Origin: a virus
Strand: one strand, 5' to 3'
IMG/VR virus record: IMGVR_UViG_3300050821_003452
Coordinates: 12,590-76,589 of that record
DNA length: 64,000 nucleotides
Shown: piece by piece, positions 53,610 through 63,420 of the stretch
How the letters are laid out: every line of letters starts with the position of its first letter
Position numbering within the stretch: position 1 is the stretch's first letter
Program-made: the position numbers and the translations under genes
The notes under the pieces: model-generated
The model's database searches: none
Told to the model about the DNA's origin: nothing
Seen by the model: only the letters and a program-made list of their open reading frames with translations

Positions 53610-54743
53610 ATGGCCATACTCCTGCCAATGGGGGACCGCCATTGGCGAACGCCATCTCAGGCACAACCGAAGAATATCTTCGGTCACGAGAACCAAACCA
53701 GATTTAGCGCGACGGCTCGTTTTCATGATGGTTATATCGTCTGGCGCGGCTGGTTTGATGATCGCAATGATTTTGATGCCTTCATTCGGGGTATTGTCAC
53801 CGGGTTAATTCATTACGAGAGACCTCTCTGGAGATTGCCCACGCCATGGTGGCACCCGGATATTGATGCCCCGCTAGGATATGAATTTTTAACCACGCAG
53901 TTCATTACGAGCGGAGCCACTTGGCCGGTTCCGCCAGATTGCGTTGGCGTTAACAATCTATCCGGCGAGTTCATAGATACCATCGCCGCAGGCGGTTCCG
54001 GTGGGATGAATTCTTCAACTGGCTCTGGCGGCAGTGGAGGGGCATGGAGCCGTATTACAACCCTCGCACTTACACCAAGCGGAACCATCAATATTGGGGT
54101 CGGCACTGGTGGCGCTGGCTACACGGGCGCAAGCGCTGGTCGTAACGGAAATGCTGGTACTGATACTTGGTTTAATGGCTCTACGCTTGTAGCGGCATCG
54201 GTTGGCGCGAAGGCTGGTGGAGCGGGCCTATCTACCGGCGCAGCAGTAGCCGGTGGGCTTGCATCTGGGCGTCCAAACAGCGGAAATACAACAGGCTTTA
54301 ATGGTGGTGGATCAGGTGCCGTCACCACTTCAGGGGCCACTGGTGGGGGTGGTGCGGCAGGGCTTAACGGTGCAGGAGTATCTTCTGCCGGCACGTCTGG
54401 TGGCGTTGCTACCGCTGGCGGCAATGGAGATAATGGTTCTGGCGGCGCTGGTTCCGGTGCGGGCAGTACCTCTCCCGGTGGAACCGGAACGGAGTACGAT
54501 GGAACTTCGCATGGCTCTGGCGGTGGATCGGGAGCAACTGTGGCCATCAGTGCACACGTTGGCGCGGGAGGAAATTATGGTGCTGGTTCTGGAGGCACGG
54601 ATGACCCAGCCAATACCAGTGTTATAGGGGCCGGGGCTCCCGGATTAATTGTCGTTCGCTATACTCCATTTATACCCATTTCCGTTTTGGTTCCGGAATT
54701 TCCATTTGTCGCACGGCGCTACCGTGTAGTGAACTATGGGTAA
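53610..54743 (+). CDS. Glycine-rich tail-associated protein
   Basis: W.VP.DC, GGSGGAWS, GDTWF-like motif, G.GAPGLIVVRY. Confidence 0.75.
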   Translation: MAILLPMGDRHWRTPSQAQPKNIFGHENQTRFSATARFHDGYIVWRGWFDDRNDFDAFIRGIVTGLIHYERPLWRLPTPWWHPDIDAPLGYEFLTTQFITSGATWPVPPDCVGVNNLSGEFIDTIAAGGSGGMNSSTGSGGSGGAWSRITTLALTPSGTINIGVGTGGAGYTGASAGRNGNAGTDTWFNGSTLVAASVGAKAGGAGLSTGAAVAGGLASGRPNSGNTTGFNGGGSGAVTTSGATGGGGAAGLNGAGVSSAGTSGGVATAGGNGDNGSGGAGSGAGSTSPGGTGTEYDGTSHGSGGGSGATVAISAHVGAGGNYGAGSGGTDDPANTSVIGAGAPGLIVVRYTPFIPISVLVPEFPFVARRYRVVNYG

Positions 54744-54749
54744 ATCATA

Positions 54750-55517
54750 ATGCCCACAGACAGCCTTTTCCAATATCAGCAACTTGCTAAGCCTGTTTTT
54801 ACTGGCCCTGAACAAGTTACTGAAAGTCGCTGGCATCAGCCATGGAGCGAGCCAGTCAGGGTCAAGATTGATCCAAGGCTGGCCATAGCGCTCGCTGCGA
54901 GCGGACCATTTTTTACTCCGGAAACCTTTGGCGAAATCATATTTATTTCCAAATGGTTCGCGCCATTCAGCGACCCCGTTCGTATTAAACAGGGCCTTTC
55001 TGCCGCCGCACAACAGACGTTAACTTCTCAGGGTCCAATAAATCCAATTGTCTCGTTTGGATATTACAATTGGCTAAGTGAGCCTGTCAGGATCAAGCTT
55101 AGAACCCCGCCCGGGGCGCCAGACTTCTCGTTTGGCGATGAACGGCCTCTGGTTAATTTCAGCTATTTTAACTGGCTATCGGAGCCTGTGAGGCTAAAGC
55201 CAAGGCTTCTGGAGGGCTTACAGGAATTTCTGGAGCGCGCCTCCTTCATACCTGTGAGTTACTCAGCAAGCCTGAATGTCACTGAGCAGGGAGATTTCCT
55301 TCAGGCCGTCCTCTACCAGTTCAATCTCCCGATCACGGCCTTGGTGGATATCATCACCAATGACCCGTCGCACCGGGGAAATGTGGGCATAATTGCGCCT
55401 TTGCCGCAATCTAGTATAGTTACGGCCATAATCGAACCTAATTCGGTTCAGGCTACGGGCATCGTGTCGCCAGTAGTCGCCGCTGGGGCTAGGGTAGCGA
55501 TAATCACGGGGCCGTGA
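54750..55517 (+). CDS. Protein with four S[ED]PVR repeats
   Basis: WSEPVRVK, FSDPVRIK, LSEPVRIK, LSEPVRLK. Confidence 0.65.
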   Translation: MPTDSLFQYQQLAKPVFTGPEQVTESRWHQPWSEPVRVKIDPRLAIALAASGPFFTPETFGEIIFISKWFAPFSDPVRIKQGLSAAAQQTLTSQGPINPIVSFGYYNWLSEPVRIKLRTPPGAPDFSFGDERPLVNFSYFNWLSEPVRLKPRLLEGLQEFLERASFIPVSYSASLNVTEQGDFLQAVLYQFNLPITALVDIITNDPSHRGNVGIIAPLPQSSIVTAIIEPNSVQATGIVSPVVAAGARVAIITGP

Positions 55518-55813
55518 TGACCACCAATATAGTGCAGGGCAATACGGCTCAGTTCGTGGCCGAATTCTTGGATAGCAATGGCAACGTCACTATTCCGTCT
55601 GGAGGTACGCTGAATATCACCTATCCGACCAATAATCAGGGCACCACAACGGCCTCTACGGCCATTGCTATGACCCAACAGAACAGCTTTTTTACGGCTA
55701 CATGGTCTTCCAGCGTGTCCTCTCTGGGGCTCGGGACATGGAATATCACCGCGACCGGAACCGTCAGTACATCAGCCCAAGCGCAGGGCACGCTTAGGAT
55801 CATCACGCCATGA
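55514..55813 (+). CDS. Small Ig-like structural protein
   Basis: Beta-rich, Thr/Ser-rich. Confidence 0.6.
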   Translation: MMTTNIVQGNTAQFVAEFLDSNGNVTIPSGGTLNITYPTNNQGTTTASTAIAMTQQNSFFTATWSSSVSSLGLGTWNITATGTVSTSAQAQGTLRIITP

Positions 55814-56520
55814 CAGTTCCTCAAGTTACATCAGGCACTTATCAGTTCCAGCCCTCTTTAGGCGAGGCGGTCCTGAACGCCTATGCCCGGATCGGGGTAC
55901 GCCGCACTGAAATCCTCCAGACCCATTTGGCGGATGCTCGCATGGAGGCGAACCTGCTTCTTGCGCGCTTTGCTGATAATCAGCCAAATCTATGGACTGT
56001 GGACCTTCAGTCGCTTCCGCTCATTCAGGGAGGCGCGACCTATACCGTGCCGGCTGAAACGGCAATGATCTTGGACGTGTATATTCGCTACGGAAACCCC
56101 ACGACCGACCGGGCCATGTACCCGATTTCCAGAAGCGAATATTCGACCTATCCAGAAAAATCGCTACAGGCGTTTCCAACGGTTTTCTGGTTTGACAGGC
56201 TTATTTCGCCTCAGATTACTCTCTGGCCCGTGCCTGACGGAAACGGCCCTTATACGCTTTATTATTACCGTGTCCGCCAAGTCCAAGATGCTGAATTCAG
56301 CGACGGAACCAACGCGCTCAATGCTGAAATCCCTTACCTGTGGCTAGATGCTTTTGTGGCCGGGCTGGCCGCAAGATTAGCCCGCATTTATGCGCCTTCT
56401 CTGGAGCAAATCAGAAAGGCGGACTTCGATGAAGCTTGGGGGCTTGCTGCCAAGCAGGATACCGAGAACGTCAATATGTTTATAAGCCCCGGGCTTAACA
56501 CATATTATAGGAACAATTGA
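55810..56520 (+). CDS. Head-tail adaptor-like protein
   Basis: TSGTY.F, NLWTV, ISRSEY, LWPVPD, GLA..LA. Confidence 0.65.
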   Translation: MTVPQVTSGTYQFQPSLGEAVLNAYARIGVRRTEILQTHLADARMEANLLLARFADNQPNLWTVDLQSLPLIQGGATYTVPAETAMILDVYIRYGNPTTDRAMYPISRSEYSTYPEKSLQAFPTVFWFDRLISPQITLWPVPDGNGPYTLYYYRVRQVQDAEFSDGTNALNAEIPYLWLDAFVAGLAARLARIYAPSLEQIRKADFDEAWGLAAKQDTENVNMFISPGLNTYYRNN

Positions 56521-57236
56521 TGGCTTGGCGCCAGCATGGAAGGGCTAACGTCAGCCGCAACAGCCCAAGAGCTTGGGCGGTCTGCGATGACTGCGGATTT
56601 CTTTTCAATAAAGAAGACCTTCAATTCCAGTATGAGTGGTTTGGCGCCAGAACCCAGAATACCAACTTTCTGAAGTGCCACAGATGCCTTGATGAGCTTC
56701 AAGAGCAGCTTCGTGTCATTGTCCTGCCGTCTGACCCTGTGCCTGTGTTAAATCCACGTCCAGAGAGATACTCAGTTGACAACAATCCTATATCTCCGAT
56801 TGGCGTTAGTTTCGGCACCATGACGCAGGCTGCCGGCCTTGATGCGGCCTTTGACAGCAACACCAATAAGCCGATGTTCATGTCTGCGGTTCAGTATAAT
56901 TCCATCAACGGCCCAAATACGGTTGGCCGCAGTTGGCTTGGCATTAATCCAAATACCGGACAAGGCATCATCGCCAATCGCTTTCAGGTCTGGGCGCCTA
57001 ATGACGCCAAGCTATTTGGCGGTGGCGCGGCAGCATATTCGTTTCAGGGATCAAACACTCCGATTGGATTTACCACGATTTCCGGCGGGACAACTGCCGG
57101 CACGATTGGTGAAACGCTTGACGTGATGGTCACGGCCACAACTTTTTATCTCTATCATCAGTTCGTACTCACGGGAGACGGGATCAATTCCGTCTCGGTT
57201 GCCCAGCTTAAAATCTACAGCGCGAGTTCGCCATAA
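56517..57236 (+). CDS. Tail-region protein with N-terminal Zn ribbon
   Basis: AVCDDCGF...C.RCLD..QEQ, DP.PV.NPRP. Confidence 0.65.
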   Translation: MMAWRQHGRANVSRNSPRAWAVCDDCGFLFNKEDLQFQYEWFGARTQNTNFLKCHRCLDELQEQLRVIVLPSDPVPVLNPRPERYSVDNNPISPIGVSFGTMTQAAGLDAAFDSNTNKPMFMSAVQYNSINGPNTVGRSWLGINPNTGQGIIANRFQVWAPNDAKLFGGGAAAYSFQGSNTPIGFTTISGGTTAGTIGETLDVMVTATTFYLYHQFVLTGDGINSVSVAQLKIYSASSP

Positions 57237-57964
57237 TGCTAAATTATAACTCATACATCACCGAGATCGCGGCCATGACCGTGATTTCGTCCAATACGCT
57301 GGTCAATGGCGACAATCAGTTCGGACCTATCGCACCGGGCATGATCGATTATGCGGAACAGCGAATTTACAGAGAGGCGGATTTCCTTGCCACATACATC
57401 ACCGACACCAGCACCAATGTTGTGGCAAACCAGCGCGTTTTCACTTATCCAACGGGCCAAGGCAGCTTTCTCGTTATCGATCAGATCAATATTTTTACTC
57501 CCGCCACCGCCACCGCTTCAAATGCGTTCAGGGTTCAGCTTCAAGTCGCCTCAAGACAATTTATCAATACACTTTATCCCAATAACGCCACTGCCATCGG
57601 AATTCCTACATACTTCTGCCCTGCTACCGCAACTTCTTGTCTTCTCGGGCCCGTACCTGATCAAAATTATAACGTAGAGGTTACCGGCACTCAGAGGCCG
57701 GCACCGTTATCGTCGTCAAATTCCAGCACATTCCTGACGCAGGTTCTACCGGACTTATTCGTCGCGGCGACCATGATCTTCATGTCTGGATATATGCGAA
57801 ATTTTGGTTCGCAAGCTGATGACGCGGCTATGGCCACCTCATGGGAAGCGCAGTATGGCAAGCTGTTCCAGTCCGCCATCACAGAGGAATTCCGCAAGCG
57901 CTATGCCAGCCAAGGATGGCAAAGTCAGCTACCAAATCCAGTGGCTACGCCCCCAAGGGTATGA
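57236..57964 (+). CDS. Tail tubular/adaptor-like protein
   Basis: IDYAEQRIYRE, GPVPDQNY, STFL...PDL. Confidence 0.65.
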   Translation: MLNYNSYITEIAAMTVISSNTLVNGDNQFGPIAPGMIDYAEQRIYREADFLATYITDTSTNVVANQRVFTYPTGQGSFLVIDQINIFTPATATASNAFRVQLQVASRQFINTLYPNNATAIGIPTYFCPATATSCLLGPVPDQNYNVEVTGTQRPAPLSSSNSSTFLTQVLPDLFVAATMIFMSGYMRNFGSQADDAAMATSWEAQYGKLFQSAITEEFRKRYASQGWQSQLPNPVATPPRV

Positions 57965-57967
57965 TCA

Positions 57968-58465
57968 ATGGTTACCGCAGAAAGATTAAGATCAATTCTG
58001 GATTATGATCCAGAAACCGGAATTATCCGATGGAAAATAAACCAGAGAAGCGGCAAGAAGTCCGGAGATATTGCCTCGTATTGCGGGGGTGTCGGATATC
58101 TTTGTCTCCGAGTTGATGGAAGGCGTTATAGGGCACACCGATTAATTTGGCTTATGCAGACAGGTAGTTGGCCAACCAGTCAGATCGATCATGTCAATGG
58201 CGTTCGCAACGATAATAGGTGGATAAATCTAAGGGAAGCCACACCAAGTCAAAATTGTGCAAATTCGGTTCACGGCGGAAGCTTTTCTGGATTAAAGGGT
58301 GCGCATTATCGACCCAATAGAAAAGGTTACAAAAAATGGACTTCTTCAATCGTAAAGAATAGAAAATTAATATATCTGGGAGCCTTCGCCACAGCAGAAG
58401 AGGCTCATAGTGCCTATGCGATAGCAGCAGCAAGGCTCCATCGTGAATTCATGAGGTTGGCCTAA
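57968..58465 (+). CDS. HNH-AP2 homing endonuclease
   Basis: YDPETG, AHRLIW, IDHVNG.RNDNRWINLR, YLG.F.TAEEA..AY. Confidence 0.9.
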   Translation: MVTAERLRSILDYDPETGIIRWKINQRSGKKSGDIASYCGGVGYLCLRVDGRRYRAHRLIWLMQTGSWPTSQIDHVNGVRNDNRWINLREATPSQNCANSVHGGSFSGLKGAHYRPNRKGYKKWTSSIVKNRKLIYLGAFATAEEAHSAYAIAAARLHREFMRLA

Positions 58466-60486
58466 TGTCTATGACCTCCATTAACCTCCGTCCGGGGGTT
58501 AATACAATGCAAACCCTCTCGCAAAATGAAGCCGGCGTATCGGCGTCCAACCTTGTGCGTTATCAGCAAAGCATGATCCAGAAGTACGGCGGCTGGACGC
58601 AATATTATCCTATCGCGATTGGTTCCACCATCAAGGAGCTATGGGGCTGGGAGGGCCTGACAACCAATAAATATCTGGCGATTGGCGCCACACAATCCCT
58701 TAGCGTGATCGTGCAGGGGTCCAACCAGAATATTACGCCTCAGACCGCAACCACCAACGATGCGGTGAATGTCTCGATTTCGTCAGGCAGCAATATCGTT
58801 ACCTTTATTGATAACGGTTCAAGCGCCACCACGCTGACCACGATCTATCTCAATACGCCGATTGCGATTGGCAATCTTCTTCTCAATGGAGCCTATCCTG
58901 TCAATTCCGTTGGGAGCGTCAATACTTATTCGATCCTGTCAAGCGTGGCCGCAAGCACCACGATTACCAGCAGCGGTGTGGTGCCGTTTTTTTCGGTGTC
59001 GTCTGGAAGCGCGACCGTAACGGTGACATTACCCAATAATAATTTTCCGACTACGCTTGGGCTCTATCAGCAGTTTATCGCACCTACCGCGCTCGGTGGC
59101 GTGACCATCCAAGGCCCCTATCAGATCAGGTCCGTTATCGATAGCACCAGTTTTACCATTAACACAGTCAATCAGGGGTCCAGCGCCGCAACAGGCTATC
59201 AAAACGGCGGCAATGCGCAGATCGTATATTACTACACGCTGGGTCCTCCTGCGGCTCTTGGTTATGGCGCTGGAGGTTATGGTCTGGGCGGGTATGGCAC
59301 GGGCGTAACCGCTCCTGCCGGCAGTGGTGCTCCGATCACTGCCACGGACTGGAGCTTGGCCAACTGGGGTGAGACGCTTCTGTCCTGTCCTTCTGGCGGC
59401 CCGCTTTATGCGTGGTCTGCCAATGCCGGCTTCCAGAATGCGCAAGTGGTCGCCACGGCTCCCTTCTTTAACGGCGGCATCTTTGTTTCTCAGCCGCAGC
59501 AAATTTTGGTGCTATGGGCCAGCGATCAAACGACAGGCGTACAGGACCCGCTTCTTGTGCGCTGGTCCGATGCTTTGGATTACACCAACTACAATGTGAC
59601 TTCCCAGACGTGGGCCGGCTCGTTTCGTATTCCAACCGGGTCGGTCATCAAAGGCGGCATCCAGTCGGCTCAGCAGGGTATTATCTGGACCGATATCGAT
59701 TGCTATGTCATGCAGAATGTCGGCCAGCCTATTGTGTTTGGATTTAACCGTGTTGGTTCTGGCTGCGGTCTTGTTGGTCAGCATGCCTGTGGAGTGCTCA
59801 ACGGTAACGTCTACTGGATGAGCTTCAATAATTTCTTTGTGCTTGACAGCAATGGCGTGCAGATTTTGCCTTGCCCGGTCTGGAATTTCGTATTCCAGAA
59901 TATCGACACCATGAACTTCGCCAATGTGCGATGTGCCATAAACAGCCTCTTTAATGAAGTCGCGTGGTTTTTCCCTGCGCTCAATGGCACAGGCCAGAAC
60001 ACGCTTTATGCCAAGTTCAATATCTCGGAAAACGAGTGGGATTATGGCATGCTTGGCCGCTCGGCATGGATCGATGTAACTGTTCTTGGTAATCCAATCG
60101 CGGCGGATTTGGCTGGTATTCTCTGGCAGCACGAAATCGGATATAATGCCGGCACGGTTGCTATCGATAGTTCGTTCCAGACCGGCTATTGGTCCATTAC
60201 GGAAGGCAACGATATGGCCTTCGTGGACTGGATACTGCCGGATATGACGTTCAGCCCTTATGGGTCTGGCACCAGCGCTAACTTGGCTATTACGTTCTTT
60301 GCCACTGACTATACGGGAGATACACCACGCACTTATGGACCATATAACTTCAACGGCGCCACAGAATTTATCAATACAAGAATTCGTGGAAGGTTTCTCA
60401 GTATGAAAATAGAAGGTGATGATCTTGGCTCATTTTGGCGCATCGGTCGCCTTCGCTATCGTTATGCTGTGGATGGGAGGCGCTAA
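58465..60486 (+). CDS. Tail nozzle/stabilisation protein (P22 gp10 / tubular B-like)
   Basis: LRPGVN, DWSLANWGE, DPLLVRWSD, YWMS...FF, FNEVAWFFP, R.AW.D, DGRR end. Confidence 0.7.
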   Translation: MSMTSINLRPGVNTMQTLSQNEAGVSASNLVRYQQSMIQKYGGWTQYYPIAIGSTIKELWGWEGLTTNKYLAIGATQSLSVIVQGSNQNITPQTATTNDAVNVSISSGSNIVTFIDNGSSATTLTTIYLNTPIAIGNLLLNGAYPVNSVGSVNTYSILSSVAASTTITSSGVVPFFSVSSGSATVTVTLPNNNFPTTLGLYQQFIAPTALGGVTIQGPYQIRSVIDSTSFTINTVNQGSSAATGYQNGGNAQIVYYYTLGPPAALGYGAGGYGLGGYGTGVTAPAGSGAPITATDWSLANWGETLLSCPSGGPLYAWSANAGFQNAQVVATAPFFNGGIFVSQPQQILVLWASDQTTGVQDPLLVRWSDALDYTNYNVTSQTWAGSFRIPTGSVIKGGIQSAQQGIIWTDIDCYVMQNVGQPIVFGFNRVGSGCGLVGQHACGVLNGNVYWMSFNNFFVLDSNGVQILPCPVWNFVFQNIDTMNFANVRCAINSLFNEVAWFFPALNGTGQNTLYAKFNISENEWDYGMLGRSAWIDVTVLGNPIAADLAGILWQHEIGYNAGTVAIDSSFQTGYWSITEGNDMAFVDWILPDMTFSPYGSGTSANLAITFFATDYTGDTPRTYGPYNFNGATEFINTRIRGRFLSMKIEGDDLGSFWRIGRLRYRYAVDGRR

Positions 60487-60710
60487 TGCCACAAAATCCA
60501 TTAACCAATGTTCTCTCTGCTCTCCAGAATGGTGTGGCGGCGATAAATTCCCTCAACAAAACCCTCGGTGTCGTTTTTCCCGGCGCTACTGCGTTGTCCA
60601 CGGTAGCGCCTTCGTCTGTTGGCAGCGTGACCTTTACCTCCAGCGAACCCAAGGGGTTTTTATCTATAACGACCAGTTCCGGTTATTCCGGTAAAATAGC
60701 AATCTATTAA
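60486..60710 (+). CDS. Small structural protein
   Basis: LQNGVAAINSL. Confidence 0.6.
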   Translation: MPQNPLTNVLSALQNGVAAINSLNKTLGVVFPGATALSTVAPSSVGSVTFTSSEPKGFLSITTSSGYSGKIAIY

Positions 60711-60721
60711 GGAACAGGATC

Positions 60722-62812
60722 ATGCCATCCCATAGTGTCAAGCAAGCCAAGGTTATGAGCGCCATTGCTCATGGCTGGCATCCTGATCAGGGCTCAGTAG
60801 CTAAAATCCCTCTGAAAGTCGCCAAAGATTTTCACAGTGCTGATGCCGGCCATAAGTACGGCAAAGGCATGGATAAAGCCAAACGGGCCAAGCGTATCGT
60901 CAAGAAGGCGCGCAAGAAATTTGCCGATGGTGGCGACACTGGTTTTCCAACCAGTGAGTTCCCGGGCAATCTAGGCGATCCAAATGCGGCAGCGTCTTTT
61001 CAGGATCGGTTCAGAACGCAACGTCAGCCGCAGGGCAATCTTCTGAGGGGCCTGACCAACAGGGCGGAAGATATCAGGCAAGAACGAAATCTACCTGCTC
61101 CGCACTATGCCGATGGTGGCGATACCGCAGACGATATGATCGGTGCCGCACAACAGCAATTGGCCACCCAGCAAGATCGTCTTCCCGCCGCCTCAACAGG
61201 CGATCCTACCGCGCCAGACATAAGGGGGGATTTTTTAGAGAAGCTAACCGGAGATCGTAATTATTCTTTGGACAAGATGAAAGAAAACTTCCGGCAAGGT
61301 CAAGAAGCATACGCTAATAAACCATACGAAGAGAGGCGAGACGAAGCCATCAATGTTGGTATGGGCGCCGGTCCCGGTATCATGGTTGGGCCTTATGGCG
61401 CGCATATGCTACGTGCCGCTAATCGTGCTGCGGCCATGCCGCATCCGGTTTATGGTGAAGAGGCCGCTCAAGCCGCAGAGAGGCTGCGACCTGAATTCCG
61501 TGATGCCTACAAAGGCTGGCAGGCCGACGCCCGCGATGCTCAGGCCCGCGCTACTCTGGAAAGCCGGCAAGCAAGTGGCAATCCTTACGATACTGACGTT
61601 TGGAGGGGCTCTGGCTGGTTCCGTGGCGACGAAGGCATGCCGCGCAAGGAAATCCCTGATATTGGTGCAAGTCTTAAGAAAATTCCCGGCACGGACACCT
61701 ACAGTCTTGAGCATCCTGCCGGCGATTTGCACAAAATTTATGACATTCCGCCTATTAGATTTGATCCAAACATGAACAATAAATATGCAGAGGTGTGGCC
61801 GGATAGTAGCAAGATCGTAATTGGTGGGAGACCCTCAGACCCGGGAACTGTTTCTAGGGCTCTACATGAAATTCAGCATGTTATTCAAAAAAAGGAAGGG
61901 TTTGCTTACGGCTCTAATCCGGATCATCCTTTCTTGTCTGGAAAGGAAGAGGAAACTTTCCCCGGAGAGGGAATTCCAAAATGGCAGAAAGATATGATTT
62001 TAGCCGACCCGCGCAATGGACACGTTCTTCCTGAATTGGAAAATGTTCATCCAGCGGATGCCTCCAGATGGGTTGCATATAATCGTCACGCTGGGGAAGT
62101 GGAGGCAAGAAACGTGCAGGATCGTCGCGCCAAGAGCTTTAGATATCAAGCTCACCCGGAGGATACAGAGCGGGTTCCCCGTGGAATATCTGTCATTAAC
62201 AAGGAGTATATCCCGCGCGCTAACAAGGATATCAAAATTTACGATACAAGACATATGGACCCAGAAGAAATTATTCCGGGTGGCGCTCATAGAATATATA
62301 GTGATAAGTATGCAAGCGGCGGTGGCATAGAGGGCGGGTTCAATCCAGAGCGCAGTGAGGCTTATGGTCTTGCCAGACAGGGCATGTTGCACTCTTCCGT
62401 GCCGGGCCGTACTGACAAGCTAAATCTCAATGTCCCTGCCGGCTCTTATGTTATCCCGGCAGATATCCCAAGTGCGCTAGGTCAGGGTAATTCCATGGCC
62501 GGCGCGAACGTCCTCAACAAGATGTTCACCAAGGGGCCTTACGGGATGAACCTGAGCAAATCTCAGGGGCCGCGCACGCATGCCAGAGCCGCAAGCCTTA
62601 GCAAATTAAGATTTGCCGATGGTGGCGACACATCAGCCACGCCGATTGTGGCGGCTGGCGGTGAATACATCGTACATCCCGATAGTGTGGCAGAGCTTGG
62701 TCACGGTGACGTTAGCCTTGGGCATGATATTCTTGACAGTTTCGTCAAACAGGTGCGCGACAAGCATATTCAGACGCTCAAGGGGTTAAAGCCACCCAAG
62801 GGCTCCAAATGA
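60722..62812 (+). CDS. Internal virion/ejection protein with zincin (HExxH) polyvalent-protein domain
   Basis: GWFRG.EG..RKEI.D, LHEIQHVIQKKEGF..G.NP, Y...AGEVEARNVQ.R; [FY]AxGG repeats; PGRTD, GEYIV. Confidence 0.7.
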   Translation: MPSHSVKQAKVMSAIAHGWHPDQGSVAKIPLKVAKDFHSADAGHKYGKGMDKAKRAKRIVKKARKKFADGGDTGFPTSEFPGNLGDPNAAASFQDRFRTQRQPQGNLLRGLTNRAEDIRQERNLPAPHYADGGDTADDMIGAAQQQLATQQDRLPAASTGDPTAPDIRGDFLEKLTGDRNYSLDKMKENFRQGQEAYANKPYEERRDEAINVGMGAGPGIMVGPYGAHMLRAANRAAAMPHPVYGEEAAQAAERLRPEFRDAYKGWQADARDAQARATLESRQASGNPYDTDVWRGSGWFRGDEGMPRKEIPDIGASLKKIPGTDTYSLEHPAGDLHKIYDIPPIRFDPNMNNKYAEVWPDSSKIVIGGRPSDPGTVSRALHEIQHVIQKKEGFAYGSNPDHPFLSGKEEETFPGEGIPKWQKDMILADPRNGHVLPELENVHPADASRWVAYNRHAGEVEARNVQDRRAKSFRYQAHPEDTERVPRGISVINKEYIPRANKDIKIYDTRHMDPEEIIPGGAHRIYSDKYASGGGIEGGFNPERSEAYGLARQGMLHSSVPGRTDKLNLNVPAGSYVIPADIPSALGQGNSMAGANVLNKMFTKGPYGMNLSKSQGPRTHARAASLSKLRFADGGDTSATPIVAAGGEYIVHPDSVAELGHGDVSLGHDILDSFVKQVRDKHIQTLKGLKPPKGSK

Positions 62813-63360
62813 CGCCTTCCAAGGTCAGGATTGCCAAGCCTTATGACGCTCCGGAAATCTGGAGGCTGTTTCTCCAGACGCACCGCGAGAATGGATTATT
62901 TACGCTCTCGCCATCTAAATTTACCAGCTTGATGGATAGGGCGCTGCATCCTGAGGGTATATCATCTTGGGATACCAATCCGAGAGCGCAGATCGGGGTG
63001 GTCGGCCCTCCGGGGCGGCTTGAGGCTGTGGTTTTTCTTCTTATTGCCAGCTTTTGGTACTCTGAAGAGCTTCATCTTGAAGAGCTTCTTGTTTATGTCG
63101 ATCCAGAATGTCGGAATAGTAATCATGCGGGAGCCTGTCTGGACTGGATGAAGGCACTTGCTGACCAGCTTAAAATCCCGTTGGTAACAGGTATTATATC
63201 CAAAGAGCGCACGGCAGCCAAAATAAGGCTCTATGACCGAAAACTGCCAAGAGTGGGGGCTTTTTACTTTTATCCCTTGGACGAAAATCTGGAGTTGACC
63301 AAGCCGGCCACAATTATGAACGGCCCGCGCGATCCACGTAAACTCCACAAAGCTGCCTGA
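62809..63360 (+). CDS. GNAT-like acetyltransferase
   Basis: VRIA...D, FWYS, VYVDPECR; typical position before ejection genes. Confidence 0.6.
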   Translation: MTPSKVRIAKPYDAPEIWRLFLQTHRENGLFTLSPSKFTSLMDRALHPEGISSWDTNPRAQIGVVGPPGRLEAVVFLLIASFWYSEELHLEELLVYVDPECRNSNHAGACLDWMKALADQLKIPLVTGIISKERTAAKIRLYDRKLPRVGAFYFYPLDENLELTKPATIMNGPRDPRKLHKAA

Positions 63361-63420
63361 TTTGCCTAGATAAAGCCATAAAGGTATAACTGCCCTATAG
63401 ATATTGTGGGGTAATTTACT

